In this document: positions 42,001 to 60,649 of the stretch, one piece after another
How positions within the stretch are numbered: position 1 is the first letter of the stretch
Layout: every line of letters begins with the position of its first letter
DNA from: the human T2T-CHM13v2.0 reference genome, Homo sapiens
NCBI RefSeq assembly: GCF_009914755.1
Contig: NC_060947.1
DNA length: 64,000 bases
Strand: one strand, 5' to 3'
Notes under the pieces: model-generated
Told to the model about the DNA's origin: nothing
Seen by the model: the letters and a program-made list of their open reading frames with translations, nothing else
Database searches by the model: none
Translations under genes and position numbers: made by a program

Positions 42001-44290
42001 TGGCAAGGTCAGGAGCAGCCTGGAAGTCATGGTCTACTGGGGGAGGGGTCACCCTTAGGGAAAACAGGCTTACTTTTCCTAAGGAAATTAGGATAACTCT
42101 AGCTGACCCCTGTGGGGAGAAATTGGCATTTCCCTCCCATTTCTGCTCTGTCTCCGTATTGCCATTGGTGGGTGACTACCTCTTTTCCCTGGTGTCCGAT
42201 TCATCCCCATTTATTATCTTCCTCTTTTTTGGGGGGTCCTTCCCTGCCTTGGCCTTGTAGACTTGGGGCAGGGTAGCTCTTTGCAGTTGGCTGATGACAT
42301 TCTCAGGGCAATGTTCAACCTGCACCTGTGTCCTCTGTAGCTTCTGTAGGCCTATTTGTGGATCAAAGTTTTGATTCCACTCAGGAAAGATCCCAACGAA
42401 AAGAAGCTTCCTGATTATTTGTCCTTTAAGCGGAACATGACCAGTGGCTCCTTGTTCCTCATTATGTATGTCACCATGCATTGACGTCTTCCTGAACTGG
42501 ATACTTCAGGACTACTACAGTGGCATGGACCTTTCTGTTCTTGTTCTCCTTCTGATTTTTCTTCCTCTTCCTCCTCCTACTTTTTTTCTTTAATTTTCCT
42601 TTTTTTATCCTCTTGCTCCTCCTCTTCCAGTTCATCTTCTCCTCCATCTTCTTCTACTCCTATTTTTCCTCCTCCTCCTCCTTCTTCTTCTTATTGTTGT
42701 TGTTGTTCTTCTTCTTCTTCCTCTTCCTCTTCCTTTCTTTCTCCTTCTTCTTCGTCCTCCTCCTCCTCTGTCTCTTTTTTTTTCTTTTTAATTTTTTTTT
42801 CTTTGCTTTTGCCTCTTCTTATGCTTCTCTTTTTCACTTCACTTTTGGATTTGGGTGGGCAAGTGTTCTAGGAGACTGCTTCTTCTTTTGCTCCTTGGTT
42901 ATGCTGGATGTCTGTCTGCAGCACTAGGCCTGGAGAAAGCTTCACTTTCTTTCTTACAGGAGCACAGATGAAGGTCATCAGTTTAGTCCCTCTGGTCCAC
43001 CAAAAAGCTGCCCACATGTTATATTTAAGTAAAATGTCGTGGTGAACGCACCCTTACCTCGTACCTCATGGGTTGCCATTATTTCCCATTCTCCTTAAGG
43101 ATGTTGGAAGTGTGTAATCCTGAGCCATTAGGAGCTTTGGCAACTTGTCCTCTGTCTCTTTTTTTTCCAGTCAAGCCATGTGAACACATTGATCTGGATA
43201 TCAGGGTGTGCAGGCAGGGTGTCTCTGCCACGTGTTCATTTGCCTACTCTCACTCACACAGGCAGGCACCCACAGACCACAGACACAATGCACTTACTCA
43301 CAAGGGACCCTGCAACCAGAAATAAAATCACAAACACATGCACACAAAGAGACACATGCACGTGCAGACACAAACATTCATGTCAAATACGCCCAAGCAG
43401 ACACACACACACACAAACACACACAAGTTAACTCACACTAGCAAAGGGGTGTGAGCTCAAGCATTATTGGACACAGACACACACACCCCACCACAGGCCC
43501 AAAACTGCCCACAATCTCTTCCACACTGGTTCTAAATGTGCAAAGCAGAATGTGAGACAGGCGAGCATTCCTGGCTCCAGGCCTGGGTCATCATGCCATT
43601 TATTGGGCAACTAGGGCCTTCTCCTGAGAATGAATGTGGGAAGTCTGTTATCAGATAGGCCCAAGCAGCAGGTGTGAAACTGGAGCATCCTGGGTCAAGC
43701 TGCTTAAAAACGGACCCTGCAACCAGGGTAGGGGCAGAGAAAGTCCCCTCAGGAGCCTTGTCCCTATGGGATGCCATGAGAATCTGTGGCACGTGGTGGC
43801 CTTCCTCAGCCTCCCTGAGCCACCATCCTCCCACCCCGCCTGTGTAAAAGCCAAGACAGCCTGAGCAGAGTCAGACTTGAGTGAGTTGCTGAGTGTCCCC
43901 CGTGAGGGAGACTCCGGGATTCTGGTGACCTCCATGTGCCATCCCAAGGTGGTAAACTCTACCTGCAGCTCCAGGCTTTGGAGGACCCTCAGTTCTGGGG
44001 AAAATTGTTTTGTAATCCAGCTGAGTGGCCAGCGCCTTGTCCTGGGGTGGCAGCCCTGTGATCCCAGTCCTCCTGTGGTTTCCCAGAGGCCATGATTATG
44101 TGTCCTTTGTCTTTTACTTTCTGCACTGGTGGGAGCCATAATACCTGGAGAGGACCAAAGGAAGGGCAAAGGCTGGCTGCCTCTACAGCATTCTGCAGGA
44201 TCTCCAGTCTACAGGTCCTTGGTCCTAGGGTCCCCTAAATTTGGTGGTCAACCTGGGACCAGGTGGCTGGTTCCTTTGTCTTCTCCTTGT
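39031..44290 (+). repeat. Diverged full-length monomer R3
   Basis: Colinear with core monomer. Confidence 0.92.
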
Positions 44291-47200
44291 CTTTTTTTTC
44301 TCCTTCCTCTTTACTTTTTTCACATGGGAAAGCATGGAGGGCCTCAGCTTGGAGGGGCAGTTGAGGTAGTAGTTGGCATTTGTGGAGCCATACTGCCATC
44401 AAGCGGAAACTATTTCTGGAAACGGGAGGCAGCTGGGCACAACTGCTGGGGAAATCCGAGGGGCACAAAAGAGATGGTGGCGTGTGGCCCCCAGACTGAA
44501 GCTGGATGAGAGAGGAACCCCTTGCTGGCCCTTCGCCTGGGCTCATTCTTAGGATGGCACCCTGGCTCCACAGCTGTCTTTAGGAAAGGGCAGTCAGGCC
44601 GGCTGTGAGCAAGCAGAGCTTCATAGGACAGAAAATGGCTTCCCCTGGCAGTCTCCAGGAACTGCCAGGCATGAGTCACCCCACACTCAGCATCCTGAAG
44701 CTCCTTTTCCTCCCGGGAGGGTAGGGGCTCCCTGTTCCCCCTGTGGCCCCCCAAGGGCACCTCGGAGCTGCCCACAAAAGAGACCAGGGTAAACAGCCCC
44801 ATTCTCATCCATCAGTTGCCAGTGGCTTCCCTTATGCACATCTCAAAATGGCTGCTGGGGCAGCTCCACCCTGTGGGTTGACTGGTCTGCAGGCTGCATG
44901 GCTGCTCTGTCTCTGGGCCTCTAGAGTAGCTGCTTCTCCAAGGGGTCCCAACGGCAGGTACGCTTTGTTCTAGGGCTCTAAACCCTGGTCGGGGAAACCC
45001 TGGCTCAGGCAGAGTCCACCCAGCCCCGCATATTTTTGCTGACCTCGGTGCCTAGCAGAAGGCAAGTGTTTCCGCAGCCTGTTGTCATGTTCAGAAACAC
45101 CTTCTGCTGGATGGCACTGCGACTCCACAAATGGCAGTCATGTCTTCTTCTTCCCCCACTGTGCCTTCGTCTTTCTCCATTTCCTGCCAACTGAACAAAA
45201 CCAACACAAAAAAACAAAAGCAAAGAAACAAAGAAAGAAACTGTCCAAGGAGTACCCACCTCACCTATAGCAGGTCTCCCCACCTACGAGGTCACTTTGC
45301 GGAAACCTGCAACAGTAGGAGGGTTCTCTGCCTTCCCCCTTCCCTCTAGATTCTTCTCTGGGCAGGGGTCCCAGTGAATTAGAGGATCCTATCCTCAATA
45401 CATCCCACCCTTAGGCGGTGGCATGGTGGGGGTAGGTTGCACTGGGGGCAGTGTGAGGGGGTACAGGGGGAGGGGTGTGTGGGTGAGTGGGCCTGCGTGT
45501 GGGCCCCTGCCGATTCCTCTATGAATCTGCACAGGTCTCCTAAGAAGAGACCAGGCCGAATGCTGGTGCACACCACACTTGTCTCTAGGCAGCAGTCTTT
45601 TTCTTGCTGAAAGGTTAAAAGCTTGGATGGAAAGCAGCCAGTTCAAACAGGTATCCATACATTGTTGACCCATCCAGCTGCAGGGATTCGGGCCAGATAT
45701 TTCTTGTGATGGGACTGGATGGGAGGGACTCTTGTCTGAGACCTTCAGCGACCTCTCTCACTGGAGCCCAGGCACTCATTCGTGCCCAGAAGTGGGAGGG
45801 GTATTTCTGGGTGAATTTCACAGTTGGCTCTTCTGGAGAGAGAGCCACTTGGCATGTCTGATAGAGCATGCATGCTTACTGGAACGTGGTGGTTCACCAG
45901 TTAGTTGTTCTGGCATCTTGGTCATTCTGCCAAAGTGCATGGGTAGCTCGCTTTCACCTGGGCCTGTCTGTGTTGCTGTGCTGCGTGTGAAAGGAGAGAT
46001 TTTATGTGGAGTGTTTTAATTTGTGGTTGGGCAATTGTGCCTTGGTTTGATACAGAGCTCTCTGGGGTCCTCAAGGTAAACTCTGGTGCTTGCTGGATAT
46101 TCATCCCAGAAAATGAATGAGATGGTCGAGGACAAATTATGCCGGCCCTTTAGGGTCTCCAGGCAGACATAAGAAAGCCTGACGTGGTCCATCATACAAA
46201 GCCCATGTTGGGATGCGAAGCCATGACCGTGTTGCTCTAAAGGTTACATATGCTACCCATGCTGCTCAGTGCCTGGGCAGCAGCTTGGAACACAATGCTC
46301 TCTGAATATTGCAACTGTTCTCTGTCTTTGCTTGTTACAAGTCTTTCTTGATGTGTAGGCTGCACTGGGAACAGGCAGAGTTTCACAGGACAGAAAATTT
46401 ACCCCATGGGTAATGATTCCCACAATCAGGGGTGCGTGAACCACTCTCACAAGAGGAACGTCAATCTCGTGTATGGGCCTGCACTCTCTGGGCATTCCGT
46501 GGAGAAGACCCACATGACCATGGAACAGGCTTCACCCGATTTCTTTTAATTGTCAACAAATGCAGGTCCTTTTTTCATATGTAGGTAGCATCCACCACGG
46601 GCGCACCTCTGGCCCTGCCTAGGGAAAACGCGAGAATAAAAGAATGCAGGAAGATCTGGACTGTGTCTTTAGGGGTGGCATTGTGACTCTGAGTTTCAGA
46701 GGTTCTCGTTTTTAACTTTTAACCCCCATTATGTCTCAACTTTTTCCTGTCTTCATCTGTGCTTGCATAGGTCCTCAGGCACATCCATGTATCCCCACCC
46801 ATGCTCATAAGTGTCTGCCCAGACACCTTCATTCACACCTGTGTCTGGTCCTCTAGGCCGCTCTCAGTGGGCAGTTTTTCAGGTTTCCGGTTCCCTCTTC
46901 ATCTTTCTTGTCCCTTTCTGTCTGACTTCCCAGTATTTGTTGGCATAATGTTCAGGATGGGGTTGGGGTGGGGGCAGCGGGGAGCAGGGCAGCCCCCTGG
47001 CCTAACAGGCCTCTGTGCGGATGTGGTGGAGATCTGGGATTATGGGACTGACTCTTTCTCCTGGCTGATGGCTCCCTCTCTGTGAGCCCACAGGAGGCCA
47101 CTTGGGCTGCCAGCTGCCCACCTGGAGCACTCTGCATTCCAGTTCACTCTCAACTTCATTGCTCACTCTGATTCTTTGTGTAGTTTTGGAGGTTTTCTCC

Positions 47201-49680
47201 CTTCACTTTTTTCTTCTTTACTCTTTTTACTTTTCATTCACTTTTGTTTGGGGAGGTCAGGATCAGCCTGGAAGTCAGGGTCAACTGGGCTAGGGAACAC
47301 CCTTAGGGAAAACAAACTTATTTTTCCTAAGGAAATTAGAAGGACCCCAGCTGATCCCTGCAAGGAGTGATTGGCATTTCCCTTTCCTTTCTGCCCTCTC
47401 TCCATATTGCCATTTGTGGCTGATTATCTCTTTTCCCTGATATATATTTCCTCCCCGTTTTTCATCTTCCTCTCTTTTTGGGGGTCCTTCCCTGCCTTGG
47501 CCTTGTAGGCTTGGGGCTCAGTGGTTCCTTGCAGTCTGCTGATGACATCCTCAGGGCACTGTTCAGCCTACACCTGTGTCTTCTGTAGCTCCTGCAGGAC
47601 TATTTGTGGATCAAAGCTTTTGATCCCACTCAGGAAAGATCTCATTGACAAGAAGCTTCTCGGTTGTGTGTCCTTTAAGTGGGACATGACCGGTGGCTCC
47701 CTGCCACTCGTTGTGTATGTCATCACACATTCAGGTCCCCCTGAACTAGATCCTTCAGGAGAGCTACAGTGTCATGGACCTCCCACTTCCTATTCTTTTT
47801 CTCCTTCTGTTTCTTCTTCCTTTTCCTACTCCTGCTCCTCTTCTTTATTGTTCTTTTCCTCCTTTCCTCCTCCTCCTCCTCCAACTCCCTCTCCTTCTTC
47901 TTCTTTTTCTTTCCCTCTTCTTCTTTCTTCTTCTTCTTCCTCTTCTTCCCCTTCCCTCCTTCTCCTTCTTCTTCTTCCTCTTCCTCTTCTTCTCTCCTTC
48001 TTTCCTTTTCCTCCTCCTTCTCCTTCTTCTTTTCTTCTTTGACTTCTCTTTTTGCCTTCTTTTTCTTTCTCTCCTTCTTTTCTATTTCTCCTTCTACATC
48101 TTTTTTTCTACTTTTCTTCTCCTTCTTCTTCTACTTGTTCTTCTTTCTTTCCTTTTTTTTTCACTTTTGGATTTCTGCATGCAAATGTTCTAGCAGATTG
48201 CTTCTTCTTCTCCTTGGTGATGGGGAATGTCCTTCTGCAGCTCTAGGCCTCAAGAAATGCTTCACTTTTCTTCTTAAAAGAACAGCGATGAAGGTCACCA
48301 GTTCAGTCCTTCTTTTCCACCAAAAAGCTGTCCTCGTGTTACTTTTAAGTGAAATGTCATGGTAAACACACCCTGTACCTAGTACCTTATAGCCCACCAT
48401 TCTTTCCTGTTCTCCTTGTGGACTCTCTAAATGTGTAAACCTGAGTCAGTAGGAGCCTCAGCAATTTGTTACATTGTTCCCCTATTGCCTTTCCTTCCAG
48501 TCAGGCCAGGTGAACAAAACGATACGGATTTCAGTGTGTACAGTCAGGCTGTCTCTGCCATGTGCCAATTTGCCCACTCTCACTCACACAAGCAGGAACT
48601 CACAGACCACAGACACAGAACACATGCACACACTCACAAGAAACCCCACAACCAGAAATGAAATTACAAAACCCATACACACATGGAGATACATGCAGAT
48701 GCAGACACAAACACACATGCAGACACACACACGCAGGCACACTGACACATAAAGTCACACATACACAACCAGACCAATAAACAGGTAACCTCACATGGGC
48801 ACAGGGGTTGGGGCTCAAGCATTCTCACACTTAGAGGTAAACAAACACACAAAGCCACAGGCATGAGACTGCCCACACTGTCTCATACGGGCTCTTAATC
48901 TCTGACAAGCAATGGGCTATGGGCAAGCATTCCTGGCTTCAGGCCTGGGTCCTCATGCCATTGATTGGGCAACTTGGCTTTCTCCCAAAAATGAATGCGG
49001 GCAATCTTTTATCAGAAAGGCCACAGCAGCAGATGTGAAACTGGAGCATCCTGGGTCAACCCGCTTAAAAACAGACTCCCCTTTCAGATAGAGGCAGAGA
49101 GAGTCCTGTTGGGATCCTTAGCCCTTTGTGATGTCATGGGAATCTGTGGCAACGTGGTGGCCTTTTTGAGTCCCCCTAAGCCACATCCTCCCACCCCTGC
49201 CTGTGTGAAAGCCAGGACAGCCTGTGCAGAGTCAGACTTGCACGAGTTGCTGAGTGTGCTTTCTAAGGGATACACCTGCCTCAGGTCCTGTGGCTCCCTG
49301 TTGAGCAGTCTGCCCGTTCTGGTGACCTCCATCTGCCAGCCCAAGGCGGTAAACTACCTAGAGCCTTTGGGAGGACTCCTAGTCCTGCAGTAAAACCTTG
49401 TGTAAGCCAGCTGAGTGACCAGCACCTTGTCTTGGAACGGCAGCCCTTTAATCCCAAGCCTCTTGTGTCCCAGTGCCCATGATTATCTGTCATTTGTCTT
49501 TTACTTTCTGCAGGAGCAGGAGACATGAAACCTGGAGAAGGCCAAAGAAGGGCAAAGACTGGCTGCCTAAACAGTATTCCTGCAGGGTCTCCAGCCTACT
49601 GGTCCTTGGTCATTGGGACCTGTGAGTTTTGGTGGTCAACCTGGGACCAGTTGGCTCGTTCCTTTCTCTCCCTCCTGTCT
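44291..49680 (+). repeat. Diverged full-length monomer R4
   Basis: Colinear with core; carries a 34-bp ectopic insertion at 44603. Confidence 0.92.
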
Positions 49681-52600
49681 TTTTCTCGTTCTCCTTCCTA
49701 TTTGCTTTTTTCACATTGGAAAAGGTGGAGGCCCTCAGGGTGGAGGAGCAGGGTTACAACTGTACTTGGCGTTTGTGGAGCCATAGTGCCATCAAGTGGA
49801 AATTGTTTCTGGAAATGGGAGGCACCTGAGCTCATGTGCTGAGGAACGCTCGGGAGTGCCAGACAGATGGTGGTGTGGAGCCCCCAGGCTGAAGCTGGGA
49901 GAGGAACTCCTGTCTGGCCCATGGTCTATGCTCATTCCCAGGATAGCGCCCTGGCTCCACAGCTCTCTTTGTAAGAATGGACAGGCAGGGGCGGCCCACC
50001 ATGGGTTCCCCTGGCAGCCCCCAGAGACTGCTTGGCATGAGTTGCCCCACCCCAGCATCCCAAAACTTCTTTGTTCCCAGGGAGGATAGGGTGCCCCTGT
50101 CCCTGCGTGGCCCCAGCCAAGGGCACCCCTGAACTCTCCACAAAAGAGACCAGAGCAAATGGCCCCAGTCTCGGCAGTCAGTGAACAGTGGTTTCTCTTA
50201 AACCCATTTCAAGATGGGGAAGCTCCGCCCACTGGGCTGACTGGTCTTGGGGCTGCCAGACTGTTCTGTCCCCGGGCCTCTAGCTTAGCTGCTTCTTCAT
50301 GGAGTTCCAATGGCAGGTACACTTCCTTAAGGGCTCTGAACCCCAGTGGGGGAAACCCTGGCTTGGGCCTAGTCTACCCAGCCTGGCACATCCTCGCTGA
50401 TATCTGTGACTGGAAGAAGGCAAGTGTCCTTGTAGTCTGTTGTCAAGAAACACCTTCCGCCGGATGGCACTGTGACTCCACAAATGGCAATCACCCCTTT
50501 TCCTTCCTCCACTTTGCCTTTCTCTCCTTCCTTTTGCTGCCAACCAAACAAAACAAACACACACAAAAAAAACAAAGAAACAAAGAAACTGCCCAAGCAG
50601 CACCCACCTCATCTTCAACAGGGCTCCCCACCTATGTGGTTACTTTGGGGAAACTTGCAACAGTAGGAGTGATGTCTGCCTCTCCTACCCTCTGGATTCT
50701 TCTCTGGGCAGGGGGTCCCAGTAATCCAGAGGAGCCTATCCTCAAGAAATGCTATGCTTTTGCTGTGGATTTGTAGCACCGGGGGCAGTGTGAGGGGGTA
50801 AAGGGGGAGGGGTGTGTGGGTGTTTAGGCCTGTGTGTGGGCCGCTGCAGATTCTTCTATGAATCTGCACAGGTCTCCTCAGAAGGAGACTGGTGCCTGCC
50901 TAGGGAAAACATAGGAAGAAAAGAATGCAGGAAGATCTGGACTGTGTCCTTAGGGGTGGCAAGGTGACTTTGAGTGTCAGAAATCCTCATTTGTAATATT
51001 TAACTCCCATCTCATCTAACTTTTTTCCTGTCTTCATCTGTGCTTCTATATGTTCTCAGGCACATACATGCATCCCCACCAATACTCACTAAAAGGTGTC
51101 TGCCCAGGCACCTGTGCTCACACTCAGATCCCCACATCTAGGTAACTCTCAATGGGAAGGGTTCTTCAGCTTCCCGGTTTTCTCTTATTCATTTTTGTTC
51201 TCCCTTTCTGTCTGGCTTCCCAGTATTTGCTGGTGGAGTGTGTGGGATGGTGTGGGGGTGGGGGCAGTGTGGAGCAGCGCAGTCTCTTGGCTCCACTGGC
51301 CTCTGTGTGGACCCAGTACAAACCCTGGCCTAAGGGTCTGATGCTTTTCTCTGGTAGGTGACTCTTCTTGTACGAAGGCACAAGAGGCCATTTGGGCAGC
51401 CACCTTTCCACCTGGGATATCCTGCATTTCAGTTCACTCTCAACCTCATTGCTCACCCTGATTCTTTGTGTACTTTTGGAGTTTTTCTTCCTTCACTTTT
51501 TTCTTCTTCACTCTTTACTTTTCATCAATTTCTGGTTTAGGGAGTTCAGGATCAGCCTGCAAAAGCAGGGTCGGGTGGGCACAGGAATGTCCTTAGGGAG
51601 AGTAAGCCTACTTTTCCTAAGGAAATCAGAAGGACCCGGGCTGAACCCTGGGGGTGTAAGCAGCATCCCCCTCCCCTATCTGCCTTCTGTCAGTGTTGCC
51701 ATAGGTGGCTCATTACCTCCTTTCTCTGGTATCCATTTCCTCCCCGTTTTACATCTCTCCTCCCACCCATTTCCGGGGTACTTCCCTACCCAGGCCTTGT
51801 AGATTAGAAGCCCGTGGCCCCTTGCAGTGCGCTGATGACATCTGGAGGGCATGGCTCAGCCTGCACCTCTGTCCTCTGTAGCTTCTCTAGGCCTACTTGT
51901 AGATCAAAGCCCTTGATACCACTCGGAAAAGAACCCATCAACAAGAAGCTTCTTGGTGTTGTGTCCTTTCACCGGGACATCACAGGTTTCTCTTTGCCTC
52001 TTGTTGTGTATGCCACCATGCAGTGAGGCACCCCTGAACTAGGTCCTTCAGGACAGCTGCTGTGGCGTGAAGCTGCCACTTCTTGTTCTTATTGTCTTTC
52101 TGGTTCTTCTTCCTCTTCCTCCTCCTCCTCTTTTTTCTTTTTCTTTTTCTTCTACTCCTTCTCCTTCTCCTTCTCATTTTTCTCTTCTTTCTTCTCTTTT
52201 TCCTTTCACTTTTGGCTCTTGGCGGGTCAAGCATTATACTGAGACTGCTTCTTCCTCTGCTCCTGGTGATGCAGGATGCCCCTTTGCAGAACAAAAGTGA
52301 GAAAGGCCTCATTTGTTCTTAAAGGAGCAGATATGAAGGTCACCAGTTCAGTCCCTCTGGTGTTCCACAAAGGCGCCAATGTGTTACTTTTCATGAAATG
52401 TCACCATGAACCCACCCCTTAACCTGTTCCTCATGGCTCACCATTCTTTCCCATTCTCTTTGTGGATGCTCTAAATGTGTAATCCTGAGCCAGCAGGAGC
52501 CTTGGCAAGTTGTCCCCCTTTGTCTTTTCTTTCAATCCAGCCATGTGAACACAACGATCCAGATTTCAGTGTGTATAGGCAGGCTGTCTCTCCCACGTGC

Positions 52601-52780
52601 CCATTTGCCCACTCTCACTCACACAGGCAGGCACCCAGAGACCACAGACACAGACACAACCACATGGACTCACAGGGAAACCCCGACAACCACAAATATA
52701 ATCACAAACACACATGCACAGGGAGATACACACACAGACACAAAGACATACACTAACACATGCACACTCACAAACTCATA

Positions 52781-52822
<42 letters not shown>

Positions 52823-53735
52823 TCCTCACACAGGCCCAGGGGTGCGGGCTCAAGCATTCACCCACACAGACGCACACACACATGTGTCGCCATAGCCACC
52901 AGACTGCCCACGAACTCTCCCATAAAGGCTCTCAGTCGGCCACAGGCAATGGGCTATGGGTGAGGATTCCTGGCTCCAGGCCTGGGTCATTATGCTGTTG
53001 ATTGGGCACCTAAGGCCTTCTCCTGAGAATGAATGCGGGAAGTCTGTTATCAGATAAGCCCCAGCAGCCAGTGTGAAACTGGAGCCTCCTGGGTCAACCT
53101 GCTTAAAAAGGGACCACACCTTGGGTAGAGGCAGACAGTCCCCTTGGGACCCTTGGCCCTCTGTGATGCCATGGGAATCTGTGTTGCGTGGTGGCCTTCC
53201 CCAGTTCCCCTAAGCCACCCTCATGTCACCCCTCCCCCCCACCCCATGTGAAAGCCAGGACAGCCTGCACAGAGTCAGACTTCAGTCAGTTGCTGAGTAT
53301 CCCCTCTGAGGGAGATTCCTGCCACACGCCCTGTGACTGCCTGTTGAGCTGTTCGCTCATTTTGGTGACCTCCATGTGCCAGCCCAAGGTGGTAAACTCT
53401 ATCTGGAGCTCCAGGCTTTGGGAGAACCACCAGTCCTGCAGCAAAACCTTGGGTAATTCAGCTGGGTGACCAGCACCTTGTCCTGGGGCGGCAGCCCCAT
53501 GATCCCAGTCTTCCTGTGGTTTCCCAGTGGCCATGATTATGTATCATTTGTCTTCTATTTTTCTGCATGAGCATGAGCCATGAAACCTGGAGAGGGCCAA
53601 AGGAAAAGCAAAGGCTGGCGGCATAAAGAGGATTTCCGCAGTGTCTCCTGCCTACTGGTCCTAGGTCGTAGGGTCCCTTAAGTTTGGTGGTCAACCTGAG
53701 ACCAGGTGGCTGGCTCCTTTTTATCCTCCCTGTCT
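49681..53735 (+). repeat. Diverged monomer R5 with ~1.1-kb deletion at ~50890
   Basis: Same deletion junction as D2. Confidence 0.9.
52782..52820 (+). repeat. Pure (AC)~19 microsatellite
   Basis: Seen directly within the CA-rich tract of R5. Confidence 0.95.
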
Positions 53736-56700
53736 TTTTTTTGTTTCTCTTTCCCTTTTCTTTTTTTCACATTGGAAAGGGTGGAGGCCGTCGGATTGGA
53801 GGGGCAGGGTTAAGCTTGTAGTTGGCCTTTGTAGAGCCATAGTGCCATCGAGCGGAATCTGTTTCTGGAAACTGGAGGCAGCTGGGCATGAGTGCTGGAG
53901 AAATCCCAGGAGCACGAAAGAGATGGTGGCGGTGTGGGGCCCCCAGGCTGAAGCTGGACGAGAGAGGAACTCCTGGCTGGCCCTTTGCCCTTGCTCATTA
54001 CCAGGATGGCACCCGGGCTCCACAGCCCTCTCCGAAAAAAGGGCAGGAAGGGGCGGCCCTCCATGGGTTCCCCTGGCCATCTCCAGGAATTGCCGGGCAG
54101 GAGTCGTCCCGCCCACAGCACCCCACAGCTCCTTGGTTCACTGGGAGGATAGGGGACCTCTGGCCCCAGCGTGATTCCAGGCAAGGGCACCCCAGAACTC
54201 CCCACAAAAGAGACCAGTGTAAACGACCCCAGTCTCGGCCGTCAGTAGTCAGTGGCTTCCCTTAAGCCCACCTCAAGATGGCTGCCAGGGCACCTCCGCA
54301 CTCTGGACTGACTGGTCTTGGGGCTGCCTGGCTGCTCTGTCCCTGGGCCTCTAGATTAGCTGCTTCTCCGTGGGGTCCAAATGGCAGGCACACTTCCTTC
54401 AAAGGTTTAAAACCGCGATGGGGGAAACTCTGGCTTAGTCAGAGTCCACCCAGCCCGACATATTCTCGCTGAAGTCTGTGCCTGTCAGAAGGCAAGTATC
54501 CCTGCAGCCGGTCGTGTTCAGAAACAACTGCCGCTGGATGGCAGTGTGGCTCCAGAAATGGCAGTCACTTATTTCCCTTGCTTTTCTCTTTCTCCTTTTG
54601 CTTCCAACAAAACAAAACAAAACAAAAAGAAAAGAAAGAAAGAAAGAAACCGGCCAAGGAGCGCTCACCTCATCTACAGCAGGACTCCCCACCTACATGG
54701 TCTCTTTGGGGAAACCTGCAACATGCGAAAGGCTCTCTGCCTCCCTCCTTCCCTCTGGATTCCTCTCTGGGCAGGGGTCCCAGTGAGCCAGAGGAGCCTA
54801 TCCTCAAGAAATCCCACCCTTGGGGCTGTGGCATGGTGGGGATAGGTCGCACTGGGGGCAATGTGAAGGGGTATGGGGGAGGGGTGTGTGAGTGCATGGG
54901 CCTGCTTGTAGGCCACTGCTGATTACTTCTCTGAATTTGCACAAGCCTCCTAAGGAGACCAGGCTGCCTGCTTGTGAGCACTACGCTTGTAAATAGGGAA
55001 CACACTGTTTCTTGGGGAAGGGACAAAAGCTTGGATCAAAAGCACCCAGGTCCAACAGGCATCCATAGATTGTTGACCCTTCTAGCAGAAGAAGGTCGGG
55101 CCAGGTGTCTGTCAGGATGAGACTCGACAGATTGGACACCTGTCCCAGGCCTTCAGCTACTTTTCTCACTGGAGCCCAGGCACTCATCCATGCCCAAGAG
55201 TAGGAGGGGTATTCTGGGTGGCTTCCACAGGCGGCTCTCCTAGAGAAAGCCACTTGGCATAGCTGATGGAGCATGTGTGCTCACTGAATGTGATGGCTCA
55301 CCAGTTAATTCCCCGGGCATCTTAGTCATTCTGCCAAATACATGGGTAGCCAGGCCCCAGCCATGCTCACTTTCGCCTGGGCCTCCTCTGTGTTCCTGTG
55401 CTGGGCATGGAAGTGAAGGTTGAGGCTGGCGTGTCTTTGCAGATGGTGAGGTGGCTGTTCCTTGGTTTGATACCGAGCACTCTGGGCTCCTCAAGCTGAA
55501 TTCTATTGCTTGTCAGATTATTCAGCCTGGAAAATGGATGAGACAGTGGAGGACAAATTGTGCCACCCCTTTTGGGTCTCCAGGCAGAAATGGGAAAGCC
55601 ATGCATGGGTCCTTCATACAGAACACTTGTTGAGATGCAAAGCTGTGGCCTCATTGCTCTAAAGGTTGCATGTCTTACCCATGCCTCTCAGTGACTGGAG
55701 AGCAGCATGGAACACAACCATCTCAGAATATTGCAAATGTTTTCTTTCTTCGCTTGTTACAAGTCTTCCTGGATGTGTAGGCTGCACTGGGAACGTGCAG
55801 AGCTTTAGAGGAGAGAAAATTCACCCTACAGGTTATGATTCCCACACTCAGAGGGGTATGACCTACTCTCACGAACGTCAGTTTCATGCATGGGCTTGCA
55901 CTCTCAGGGCATTCCAGGAAGAAGGGCAACAGTACCATGGAACAGGAATCACTCCCTTTCTGTCACTTGTCAACAAATGTGGATCCTTTTCTCATGTGTA
56001 GTAATCACCATGGGGGCACCTCCAGTGCCTGCATAAGGAAAATGCAAGAAGAAAGGAATGCAGGAAGATCTGGACAGAGTTCTTCGGGGTGGCATTGGGA
56101 GTCTGAATGTCAGAGGTCCTCATTTTTAACATTTAACTCCCATCACATCTCACCTTTTTCCTGTCTTTATCTGTGCTTCCATACATCCTCAGGCACATAC
56201 ATGTATCCTCACCCATAGTCACTCAAAAGTGTAGGCCCAGGCACCTCCCGTAAAACCTGGATCCCATTGTCTAGACAACTCTAACTGGGCAGGGTTCCTC
56301 AGCTTCCAGGTTCTCTTTTGTTCATCTTTCTTGTCCCTATCTGTGTGGCTTTCCAATATTTGCTGGCAGAGGATGCAGGATGGGGTGGTGGTGGGGGCAG
56401 TGGGGACCAGGGCAGCCTCCAGGCTTGCCAGGCCTCTGTGCCAATGTGGTGCAGACCTGGGACTAAGGGGCTGACTCTCTTGGCTGATGGCTCTTCCTCC
56501 TCTGTGAGGCCACAGGAGGCCACTTGGGCTACTACCTGTCTACTTGGTACACTCTGCATTCCAATTCACTCTCATCCTCATTGCTCACTCTAATTCTTTG
56601 TGTACTTTTGGAGTTTTTCTCCCTTCACTTTTTTTTTATTATACTTAAAGTTCTGGGGTACATGTGCAGAACACGCAGGTTTGTTACATAGATATAGACG

Positions 56701-56914
56701 TGCCATGGTGGTTTGCTGAACCCATCAACTCGTCACCTACATTAGGTATTTCTCTTAATGCTATCCCTCCCCTAGCTCCCCACCCCATGACAGGCCCCGG
56801 TGTGTGATGTTCCCCTCCCTGTGTCCATGTGTTCTCATTGTTCAACTCCCACTTATGAGTGAGAACATGTGGTGTTTGGTTTTCTGTTCTTCTGTTAGTT
56901 TGCTGAGAATGATG

Positions 56915-60600
<3,686 letters not shown>

Positions 60601-60649
60601 TGATGCTAGCTGGTTTTTTTGCCTGTTAGTTGATGCAGTTTCTTCATCA

